Shown piece after piece: positions 11,025 to 21,626 of a DNA stretch of 64,000 nt. The DNA lies in the NCBI GenBank assembly GCA_010015805.1, contig ML978125.1:1364001-1428000 (forward strand). Reading direction: 5' to 3'. Positions within the stretch are counted from its first letter, which is position 1; each line of letters starts with the position of its first letter. This DNA comes from Rhizodiscina lignyota. Its lineage: Eukaryota. The translations under genes were made by a program, and so were the position numbers. The notes under the pieces were generated by a model that made no database searches, was not told where the DNA came from, and worked only from the letters and a program-made list of their open reading frames with translations.

Positions 11025-12569
11025 ATGATGCTCCTTTTCATATTGTTGTCTCTGTGTCTCTCAATCGCTCTTGGGGCTGTTGAACAACCTTACTTTGGCA
11101 TTGCAACGATCCCAAAAGTAGTACCAAGGGCTTTTCAGAGATCCTGTCAGGATATAGTCTTCCAACCTGAATTATATCCTGTATTTGAGGAACTTCATCG
11201 ACCGCATTCGGACCCAAAGCACCCATTAAACTTCCTCTCAAGCTGGATAGTCGGAGGTCCGCGGCTTTGGACCTATGAACCAGTTTGTCTTCATGACCCA
11301 CGAGTCTCTACGATATGCGTCTACACTAGCACGACCTTTGCTAACGGCCGAGGCTTGTCACTTGTAACCTCACCGGAGGAGGAACGGCCGTGCACTAAAG
11401 CTGAAGCCTTCAGGGGAACGTCCGATTCACAGGAAGCCGAACATGGCAATGTTGAATTGGCCGAGACAAGGTTCAGAAGGGAGCACTTCCCGGCGAAAGG
11501 AGTCGGCATCATAGCAACGCAAAGCATTCATCGTGGGGACGTAATATATGCAAAAACTCCTCTTACAGTTCAACAGCAGAAAGCAATGCTGAAGCTTAAA
11601 CAAACCGACGCCCATCTTCTCATGCAAATCTCAGTTGAAAGGCTTCCAAAGGACTCCCGGGACCTCTTCTTCACGATGAAGGGCCAGTTCGGCGCGAACC
11701 CGTACTGGGACCGCGTCAACACCAATTCGTTCGCTGCGCGTATTGGTCAGGGCACCGAAATCTACTGGACAGTCTATCCCGAAGCCGCGAGGCTGAACCA
11801 CGACTGTCGTCCAAACGTACAGTACAACATCAACCCAAACACACTTGTGCACACTATGCATGCTCTGCGTTCTATCCACCCCGGCGAGGAGATCACTACA
11901 TCCTACATCCTACCATACTTCACGTGGCATGAGCGCCGTGAGCGCACCACGAAACAATGGGGCTTCAACTGTTCATGCAATCTATGCACCGCGCCCGACT
12001 ACGTAATCGAGCGCTCCGATGACAGGTTGCTACTCATCACGAGTCTCGAGCGTGAACTCGCGAACTTATCCTTCTCAGCAACGCGAGCCGCAGGCCCCTC
12101 CACCGCCGAGATGCTAGTAAGCCTGTATCAGCAAGAACGCCTAGACGGCGCAATCGCGGAAGCATATTCCTTCGCTGCGCTAGAGTACGCATACGTAGCA
12201 GAGCGTCGTCTTGCGCAGAAGTACGCTGCGCTCGCTGTCGAGGCGCTGCAGCTCTGGCGCGGAGAGTGGCATCAGGCGACGCGCAGCTTCATGGAAATGC
12301 TCGTGTACCCGGAGCGGCACTCTATGTGGAATATATCCGCCGTCGTCCGGGAATTTCTACACAAGAATGGCACGCTGAAGGAGGGCGAGCCGGAGGAGAT
12401 ACATCAGCAGTACGGCAGTATCTTCGTGGGGTATCCAACCGCAAGGGATGTAAGGAATTTGGAAGAACGGTTGAATGTACAGGAAGTTGGAGTGGCGGAG
12501 GAGATAGCGATGGCGGCAATGCTCAGGGACGGGGAATCAAGTTTCCAGGGTGTTTTACACGATTTGTGA
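11025..12569 (+). CDS. SET-domain (SMYD/Set5-like) methyltransferase with N-terminal signal-peptide-like segment
   Basis: KGVGIIATQSIHRGDVI, ARLNHDCRPN, GEEITTSY and post-SET WGFNCSCNLC motifs; helical C-terminus; hydrophobic N-terminus MMLLFILLSLCLSIALGA. Confidence 0.88.
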   Translation: MMLLFILLSLCLSIALGAVEQPYFGIATIPKVVPRAFQRSCQDIVFQPELYPVFEELHRPHSDPKHPLNFLSSWIVGGPRLWTYEPVCLHDPRVSTICVYTSTTFANGRGLSLVTSPEEERPCTKAEAFRGTSDSQEAEHGNVELAETRFRREHFPAKGVGIIATQSIHRGDVIYAKTPLTVQQQKAMLKLKQTDAHLLMQISVERLPKDSRDLFFTMKGQFGANPYWDRVNTNSFAARIGQGTEIYWTVYPEAARLNHDCRPNVQYNINPNTLVHTMHALRSIHPGEEITTSYILPYFTWHERRERTTKQWGFNCSCNLCTAPDYVIERSDDRLLLITSLERELANLSFSATRAAGPSTAEMLVSLYQQERLDGAIAEAYSFAALEYAYVAERRLAQKYAALAVEALQLWRGEWHQATRSFMEMLVYPERHSMWNISAVVREFLHKNGTLKEGEPEEIHQQYGSIFVGYPTARDVRNLEERLNVQEVGVAEEIAMAAMLRDGESSFQGVLHDL

Positions 12570-14719
12570 GAGAGTGTTTGATTGGGGAGCCAGAGATTCG
12601 TCGAGTCTTGTACCCTGCTCAAGTCCAGTTTCTAAAGTTCATGTTAAGAGCAAAGAGGTGGTTTCTGCGGACATTGAACGCAACTGTCGGGTTCGTTTCA
12701 ATTTCCTACCTATGTTCCACCTGTCGCTTGAGATTGTCGGTGAACTGCGACGACGGTATGGCAAGAGCTGGGCCTATGAGGATACCACGGTACGGGCTCT
12801 GCTGAGCCGTCAGCTAAAGAGCGCACCTGCATTGCTCTAACGTTGGTGTTAAAGGCAATGAAGTGGTAGCCAGATCAATCTGTCGGGATCGTCGATGTTG
12901 GCATTGGGAGACTTCCGCGAAAGTTGAACGCAATCTTCGACATAGTTTCCTAGTTATTCTCCTTATATGAGCAGAACCAGCTGTAAAGGTATACATGTCT
13001 TTGAGCTCTTTTCTTAATGAAGGAGTAGGGACACCCATGCCGGGGGGGGTGTTAGCTAGGCACTGCACTCCTGACGGTTTCCAATCGACGGCAACCACGT
13101 TCCTTCCTCGATCAACGCTTTTCAATCGTGGTTGACAGTCCGGAAACGGGGGAATTGCAATGATAATGTCACATATGTCATCGCCTTTTTCGTATTGCTT
13201 TTAGTTTCTTTAATTCGCCTAAAAAAGCAAGCAGAATGCAATGTTTATTGAAATGACTAAGTTGTTCTATCCCACGACTGCATCGACCCTCTTGCACGTT
13301 CCCTATCTCACGTCCATCTTCTTCAAGAAAATATTCTATCAGCCTGCGTCAGACCGTAGTCAGTGAGGCGTTTCTCTACCTCGAACAGTTTCACTGCTGT
13401 GTTTCCACGAATAACCCACTTTAATTCATTGTCACTCATACATGGTTTGGCAGACATAAAGACTGGCTGCAGTTTTCAATCCTGATAACCACTGGCCCGA
13501 GAGGACAATTATCTCGGTGAGGGTTATTATGTACGTGCGACTCTTCGAAATACCCGCTACCATATGCCGCTGGTGGCGGTCAGGTGGCGGTGGAAATGCA
13601 TGTGAAGTGCAGCGATTGGAAGTGGAGATGATACATCATACATAAGGCGGCTGAAACACCCACACCCACCGCGGGACAGCGCCCGGGAACCCGCACTAAC
13701 TCGGATTGGTCATCGGTAGTTAACGGGCGTAGGAACCTTCGGGTGCACGATGTGAAAAGTTAGACCCGATCAGATTCTCGTCAGGCTGCAGCCACTCCTT
13801 CACTGTTGGGCTTCATCTTGTTTCGCCCTCGTGGGGCTTGAGTCGCGACCCGCAGCTTAGGTACAGCGGGATGAAGGTCCGATGTCCTCCTTCGCCCTGG
13901 AAGCATCATGACACGGTACTCCTTCAAGGGATGCTGACTCAATGGCAAGCATGAATCTGTGAACTACATACTTGTCTGAGCTCACAGAACCTGTAGACTG
14001 CAACCACGATTGAAAAATGCCTGGGGATGAGCACTGCCAGCGTGCTTCTCGCGGTCAAGGATTCAATTGGGAGAATGGGATTTCAAGTTCTGTGGAAGCC
14101 TCAATGACACCAGCATTCCAATGAGCTGTTCTTGTCCAGAATCCAATGCGGCAAGCTGCTCGTGTGATCAGTCTTTTTCCACGGCCAATCCATCCTCTTA
14201 GTTGGCGTATTTGCCCGTATCTACGTTCCCATTTGTCCAGGGACTTAAGCGCAATCACAGCCCACCGAATTTTCGTGGGTGGAAACAGCATTTGATAGGT
14301 ATGTACCCAGTGAGTCTCAGTGTGACGATTTGTCTAAGAGGCACGGAGCTCTCCATTTGTATACGCCTGTCCCGGTATCCCAGAGCACATCTTCATTTCG
14401 CTATTCAGATCCTAACTTCACATGGCAGCTGTATGCCCACAGGGTCCAAGACGCCACAGAGGTCACACAGGCCCCCGTCCCGAGGCCAGCCCAGCCCCAA
14501 GATTCAAGAAGTGTGCAGGACGCGACCGGGCGGGGGCTCTTAGGCGCTTGGACCGGGACCCCATGCAGGAAACAGCTATGAGCTCGGTACACGAATACTG
14601 AAGTAAGGTAAGGCTCGGACGCTAGCTGCATCGTCCGTACGCTGAAAAGCACAGTTGTTCGCAAGATTTGCATTGTCAGCGTACTCATCGACGCTCATGA
14701 ACGGCGCAAATTCGTCTCT

Positions 14720-15319
14720 ATGCGACAAAGCATTGCCTGTCCCGACCAATATCGTCTCTATGCGATAGGACTTCCACTCTCAACCATATCTTCTCTATGC
14801 CCCGAGACTCAACCTGCTGCGGACTTCTCAAAGCACGAAAACCAAAGGTATTCTTCAAGAACGAGTTCAATTGTATCCACTTGCTAATTCAGTAAAAAGG
14901 CAGGACAGCAAACCCACGACCCAGTGACGATCAGCATCCATACCAATCTCAATGCCGAGAGATCTTCAACGGTTGCCGCGGTCCTGAGATTCGATTCGGG
15001 AGCGCCTGTTAGCATTATATCATTGAGCCTCGTGCAACGGCTAGGCATACAAATACAACCTCTGGATGATGGTTTCAGGACAGGAGAGCAGCCGTTTTTG
15101 CTAGCCATCGATGGACGGGAAGTCCCATTCCAGGGAGCTGTCAGCGTCCGCTGGAGCATAAATGACGATCCTCGAAGAGTTTATGACACTCGATTCCACG
15201 TCCCCGAGGCGGAGAACACTTCCTTTGATGTAATATTATCCAGAGACGATATGATCAGACATGGGTTTGCTCGCGAAAGAAGAGCAATTCCGTTGAAGAA
15301 ACTTGGCGCACGGAGTTAA
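14720..15319 (+). CDS. Small stand-alone retropepsin-like (clan AA) aspartic peptidase-domain protein; 5' structure uncertain
   Basis: Last exon has VLRFDSGAPVSIIS, flap-like LAIDGREV, and FDVILSRD. Donor GTATTC at 14848 can join in frame from ATG 14720 (acceptor 14892) or ATG 14797 (acceptor 14899). Confidence 0.7.
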
Positions 15320-15393
15320 CGTGGACCGATAATGCGAATATGGCAGATTTACCGGTTGGAAATCCTTGGGAATGTCCTACTACACAAGTTCAT

Positions 15394-15867
15394 TTACGTT
15401 GGCTGGATGTCTTGATGTCCAATCTTGTACCGCTTATACCTGTCTAACAGTCTGACAGTCTTCGGGGCCATGCGATGAATGCTATGGCATAGATCATCTA
15501 ACAGAATCTCTTCTCGTTGACCACTCTTCATCAATGTAACGCGAAAGGAGTCCAAGCAACTTCTACTGTGTCTTGAAACCAGCTGGGCCTCTCCCTTGGT
15601 ATATCTCATCGGACTTCTCAAAGCTTTCTCGGTATTTCCCGGCTCGAGACTTGATTTCTCGATCATACACAGGAAATTGATTCTATCCATAACTCCAACT
15701 GCGCGTAATTGAAAAACTTCGAAGGTTCAACCTATGAGAAGCTACTTACTCATAGTAGCGGAACAGAAGCTCAGAGAGATATTCCTCACGTTCTCAACTG
15801 TGGATAGCCTCTCCTCACTTGACGCTGGAAAGCAATTTGTTGAGATTACATGGATTGATGCAGCTCC
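15394..15867 (-). CDS. Possible spliced hypothetical gene, unknown product, start not defined
   Basis: A 51-nt GTAAGT...GCAG intron (15749-15699) containing an in-frame stop joins an upstream open frame to ORF 15394..15690; no recognisable motif. Confidence 0.3.
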
Positions 15868-16934
15868 CTAACTTTCTGCATGCGTGATCCTTCCTACATA
15901 GACCAGGTTTGTCTGCTGAAATTGTTATGAGTTTCGTTCTCCCAGATAGCGGCATGTGAACGCTGCTTTTTCATGTGGGTTTCCCCACGCAAATTGTAAA
16001 TAAATATGACCATCTCCCGCGATGACCATGGGTAGATTCAGCTAAATGATTCGACGACCGCCTAATGCTTCTAAGTCAGTTAGACCATCTTTCACGCTTT
16101 TAAATATTCTGCAACTGTCAAATAACGTTCGGATGACTGTCTCTCAGGCAAAGCTACATTAGAAGTTGCCATTGACTTGCCAATATTCGTAGACAAGCCT
16201 CGAATAGGGCCTTCTAAACAAGATTCTAGGTCGAATATCCCCTTCATGCAAATACTTTTAGCCTTCATGGTACAATTGTTGATGTGGCCACACAGTGAGA
16301 GAGAGAGACCTTACCGGAAAACCACACGAACATTCCAGACCGGAAGAATGGTGGGGCATTAGAGCTATCTAAGAGCTAATGCCCATATGTGGCTCGGCCC
16401 GCAGCCCCACTAATAAGTAATTGATCCACAATCGCTTTCCGCTCTCTTGGGTTGTTTCGACACTCTACGACTTCAAATATACGAATATTTTCAGTATGGC
16501 AACAGAAAGAACAGACTTTGAGCATCTGACGAGATTTCGTGCCTGAGCCTTCTCGTCTGATGCGAATTATCCACTAGAATAGTGCCACGAAGCGGCCAGG
16601 CTGATGCGCGTTTGCTATGCAGGGCGTCCGCAACCATCAATTTTCTCTCATTACCTCTCATTCGACATTCGCAGACTCCAAGGCAAATTTGCCTTAAGAG
16701 TCTCGCTGTTTTCAGCCATGGAATACAACCGGTCAACGTATCTTGAATGTCGGTGAGCAGCACATTTCACTTGAGAGCCTCGTCCAGTTGCTTAATACAT
16801 GTCCAGGCTGGCTCAAGAGTCAAGGGGCATATTTTAAAGGGGTATAAGTATGGCGCTGGCCTTGTGCTGCCTGTATTCCTATTTTCATTTCCATGTCAAT
16901 ATTTTCGATGCTTCTTAACGTCCTGTGAGCAACT

Positions 16935-17950
16935 ATGACAGAGATCCAGCTTGAGAATGGAATCAAGGACAGGCTCGTGACGGGGTATCCTAAACTGGGA
17001 CAACGAATGGGCCTCAACCCTGAGCTAGCTATTTTCCGAAAATTTTCGTCTCTCGGCGCTCAAATAGTGCTATATACGCAATGCGAGCTCGTATACCTTG
17101 AGAAGCAGCTCCGGGAAGTTGAGCTGGCCAACAGCAAGAGCGATGATCCTGCTCGAAGTAGATATTCCGTAAATGCCAAGTTCTTCATGGTACCAAACGA
17201 AGAGGGCGATGAACAGAAGAGACTTATAGGAGAGATCATACCGAAACTTAAGGAATATTGTACGTTCAAGATGTCATATCATATTCTTCCCGTTCCACTG
17301 ATATGCCTTTGAAGGGGAGATACTCCGACTACAACAGGGAGTAGCAAACATGCCGGAACCATCAAAATACGAAGTCGACCATATTCAAAACTATATGGCA
17401 TCATACGATATGGGGCCATATGCAATGAGAGGCGAGGATGCCCACGTTTGGGGTTCGATTGAGCCACCCCGAGAACAAGCACCGGACTTGGTCGCGCTCC
17501 AAGGGCGTAGTAATGTTGACCCTTTTTCGAGATGGGTCACCGGAACTGGACTGGCCGTGTTTTTTGCATGTGGATTTCATCGCTTTCGTAGACCATCTGC
17601 GAATAGTGGCTTGGTTGGTTACAGCGAGGAAAAGCTGCTACGATTAACATATTGGATTACCACTATCGTTGCGTCTGTCTTACCGATCGTACCACTGATC
17701 ATCCTCAACATTGTTCAATCCCTACATTCACGCCTAGCAATTGTCGCAGCCTTTAATATTCTCCTGTCGCTGTGTTTGCTTGTATTCACGGAGGCGAAGA
17801 GGAGTGAGATATTCGCAGTGACAGCAGCGTCAGTTACCGTTGTTCTATGCTTTGAACTTTCCGCACGACACTCATGAAGCTAACATGGTGTTTCACAGAT
17901 TCACAGCAGTTCAAGCTGTCTTTGTTGGCACATCTGAAGCTCCCAGCTAG
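16935..17950 (+). CDS. DUF6594-family membrane protein (296 aa)
   Basis: GYPKLG...AIFRKFSSLGAQIVLYTQCELVYLE...LKEY; PDLVAL...DPFSRW; C-terminal TM helices ending EIFAVTAAFTAVQAVFVG; introns 17260-17314 and 17829-17898 give a continuous frame. Confidence 0.88.
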
Positions 17951-18683
17951 AAGTTCCAGAGCCGAGTCTACAATTGAGCGATCGAGAATGAATCGCCTTC
18001 GGGAATTACGCATATCCAATTCCGATGATTTTGGAAACAGACAGATCCAGAGTAATTGACGACGCCGCCCAAGACTTTTAGCTATAATACAGAAAGGATT
18101 TCCCGGTTCATGTAACAGTTTTAATCACAAAGAGCGCCGGGTTTGCACTCGGAAGTGAAAGGTCATACATTCAACATGAGAAGCGGCACTAAGGGAGAAT
18201 GAAAAATAACATGTGAAATGAAGTCGGAAATAAGCTCTCCCGCAGTATGCTTGCATCATCATCAACTCAGAAAGTGCAAGAGAGAACCCCCGCAATCGTA
18301 AACGCTATGCAATCCATCTACAAAAGCGCCTCGCGATGAAAAATATGTAACTCCGAAGCAATGAAATCATAAGGCCAATGCAGCCTCCATCTAGCACATG
18401 CGTGCCTCTGTATAGTTATACTCCAACGCTAATATCGAGCACCTTTTTTTCTCGCGTGGAAGAGAGTATGAAGCAAGAAGTTGGCAAAAAGAACCTAGCA
18501 AAAAATTGGCACATGGTGTAGCGTAAGCAGGACATAGCGAATAAATCGTAAGTAGCGGCCCGTGGAAGGGACAGAGCTTCTGAACGCGGGCATGACAATA
18601 ATAACCAAAGGTCCTGGAACAGCATGATCGTTAGACTCGTAGTCGTGAAGCGTGGATGCCATGAGTCATATGCCAAAGACCAA

Positions 18684-19685
18684 TCATTTTTCCTCGGCTT
18701 CAGAAGGATCTGAGGATTCAGATTGCAACGTGTCCGGAGATTCAGTTTGCTGCGATTTCTTTGGCTCGGTCAGAGAGCGATAGAGCGCTTCGTCCTCTGC
18801 TGCTTTCGCTTGTTGGTCTCGAGATGCTTTCTCCAAGTCCGCCGCTACGAAGTCAGTTAGTCATTTGGTCAAGAGGTTCGATTGGAGATAAGAACTTACA
18901 AGTCGCTTTCTGAGGCTTTGGTTTGAATGACGGCAACCCAAAAGGAACAAGTTCAGTTGTGGCTGGTTTTGATGTTCCAGCTCCAATAAACCGAGAAAAG
19001 AACCGGGCAACTCTTGTTCGCTGTCTCTTCCGAGCGAGTTTAAAGTGGGCTCCCAATACATCATCCCCCAAGACAATATCCACCAGCCGGTCCGTGATCG
19101 GATGCTGGAGAATATAGAGCTTAGCGTCGATGAACTTGTCTAAGCCTCGCCCTTCAATGTAGAGTTTAAGATCTACCCAGCCAGTGGCTAGTACCCTCGA
19201 GTCGCACAGCTGACGCATAACAGGTTCCGGACCATCAGGATACCGATCCATCGGCGGCCCATAACTCTGCAAGACCCTCTCGAAGAAGCTAGGGCAGATC
19301 AAAGAAACCGGACTGACGAGATCCAGGAGTGCCCGGGCCTTTGTGCGGAGAATTATCTCATCTCTATTGACGCGCAAGGACATCTGAACCATTGCCTGGT
19401 GCCTTTGCGGATTGGCTACATATGGTCCATTATTCGAGGGATGCGTGGAGTTGCTAAGTCGACCGTCGATCGAATTATCCGCAGGAAGGGCCTGACTTGA
19501 AGAGTGTGTCTGATGCGAATCGCGGTTTTTGGAAGTCTCGGTGTCAAGAGGCTATAGGATGGTGCGTTAGCTTCCATATGAAAGGTAGCGAGACAGAGGT
19601 AACGTACGTTATCCGGGTCTAAAATGGCATGCAGGTGGTCAATTCCCTTGCAGAGTTGCTTGCGAATGCGGTGTTTACGGGTCAT
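18684..19685 (-). CDS. Retropepsin-like fold protein with degenerate catalytic motif (296 aa)
   Basis: Three exons with canonical introns 19607-19552 and 18899-18845; ARALLDLVSPVSLI, ATGWVDL and VDIVLGDD match the clan-AA pattern, but D-L-V replaces D-T/S-G; charged C-terminal tail. Confidence 0.7.
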
Positions 19686-20520
19686 TGCAGCCGTGTGAAA
19701 CAATGAAACCTGTCTCGTGGCTCCAGTACCTGTCCCGTGGAGTTGGGCTATGCAACCAAGGAATGTCAAGGGATCCGACTTCTCGAGCGCGAACAATCGC
19801 GTAGATTATGCCTCCTATCAAACGCTGGTGGCCGTAAAACAGGTAACGATCGTAGTGCCGTCCGAGACAATCGCACAGCGAAGTGCTCTTTCGGTTAAAG
19901 AAAGAATGACAGTATAGCCACCAGAGACGTTGACAATGGAAATTAGTGACTAAAGCATTGTCTGTGGTGCACATGTGGCGGACCGCAACCCGAGCCGCTT
20001 GTTTCACCCAGAAACCCGATCCGTAGAAGTATAAAAACGCAGACTCTCTCCGGTTGGTGATGAAGTTGCGCCCGACCACTCCGAAGATACGGATGAGTCT
20101 CCTGGTGACACAAGGGGGGAAGAAAGTCTCTCGTGTACACTTCACCACAGCTCGAAGGAGGGTTGAAAGGATGGCTCGAGGTCAACAACGTTAACCAGTC
20201 GCTCTAAGGAGAGAAGAGCTACGGGTTCAGAAATTATTTTGTGAGGAGGTGCGCAATCGTGCAGATTGCACCCCCGCCCATAACGCCCCAGCGGGCCCTC
20301 GAGCTTGGGCCACATCCGTATAGATAGCCTTACTTTTCGATGAGATGGATCATTGGATCCGAAACAGTGACTTGAGGAAGTAGGAGATAATTGACACTTG
20401 CGAAGTGTGAATACGCATTCACATTCTGAAAGTGAGCTTGCATGGGGTTTTAGATAAGCGGCAAGGTACGCAATGGCCGAGCTTCCATTTAGCCTGATGC
20501 ATTGAACGCCGTACAGCACA

Positions 20521-20752
20521 GAGATATTGGCCTCCAAGCATCGCCTTGATTATCCGTGACTCCTCTCTATTCTTCGAACGCAAGCCCTCAAACTTCTATT
20601 TACTCGTCCATTAGCTTTCTTCGATTGAGGAGATATTGCCCTCTAAGCATTGCGTTGATTATCGGTGACTGCTCTTTGATTCCTTGTACGAGAGTGTTCA
20701 AACTTCCATATACCTTCACATCACCTTTCTTCCATTACAGAGATGTTAGCCT
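20521..20752. repeat. Degenerate tandem repeat, period about 109-110 nt, about 2.2 copies
   Basis: GAGATATTGGCCTCCAAGCATCGCCTTGATTATCCGTGACT (20521) versus GAGATATTGCCCTCTAAGCATTGCGTTGATTATCGGTGACT (20630); partial third unit GAGATGTTAGCCT (20740). Confidence 0.75.
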
Positions 20753-21626
20753 ATGAGATTTGCTTCAATTAATACAAGACAATTCTTCTGCCCGTGCTCT
20801 ACGCTTCTCAAATATCGCTTTCATTCAAGGCATCGCCTCTTCTCGCCAGATCCCACCATCTCCAGAAGCGCATGCGGGCATATAATTTCACTCTTCACAA
20901 AGAGCGGGCATGTCCCTGAAAGTCTCTAGATGTCTGAGATACAATGTATTCAGATCAAGCCATACCATCTCCGATAATCAGTAGACGTACGGGCTTGCTG
21001 TATCCCCACTAAGCTTCACCCGGTGACCCGACCTCTACAGCATTGATCTCTGAAAGGCCGATTCATACATACTCCCTGCTCAAGCAAAGTACATTCTCGG
21101 GCTTGCCATCTCTCCCCCAAGCTAGCCCCATCTCCGAAAGTCCATACACATTTGCAAGTCTCCATCTTCCAACGCTGTTAGACCTTCGCTGAAAGCACAA
21201 TTACACATGCCATCCACTCTTGTCCTACGAAAGTTCACAGCTCCAGCAATCATCACATATATTAGCAGCAGAAGACTATACTTGAGATCATCATGGACTT
21301 TCCATTAGCTCAATCCTATCCTATACGGACGGCGGCCGTCCAAGCAAAACCGCCGTCGCCAGCCGTAGCCAGCCGATTGTGTCTACTGTACACATTATGA
21401 GCAAAAAAGTTTTTCTTGCTTGGTATCAAACGTGCCGTCGCCACCAAGACGCCATGCAAAATCGTCAAGAGAGGGAAAAAAAGAAGGCTCAAAATCACAC
21501 GCCCATTCATGCAATTGAAAAAAGCATCGCCGAAGCTCCTCCCCACCGGGCACCACAGGAGTCCCAGCGTCTATACACGCCTTCGTTCGCGACATACTAT
21601 TCGTCGCACTGTACACACCCCCTCCG

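Noticed and set aside
14720..19685. Retropepsin-like ORFs as LTR-retrotransposon remnants
   Set aside because: No gag, RT, RNase H, integrase or LTRs are visible, and the genes have canonical introns and intact frames.
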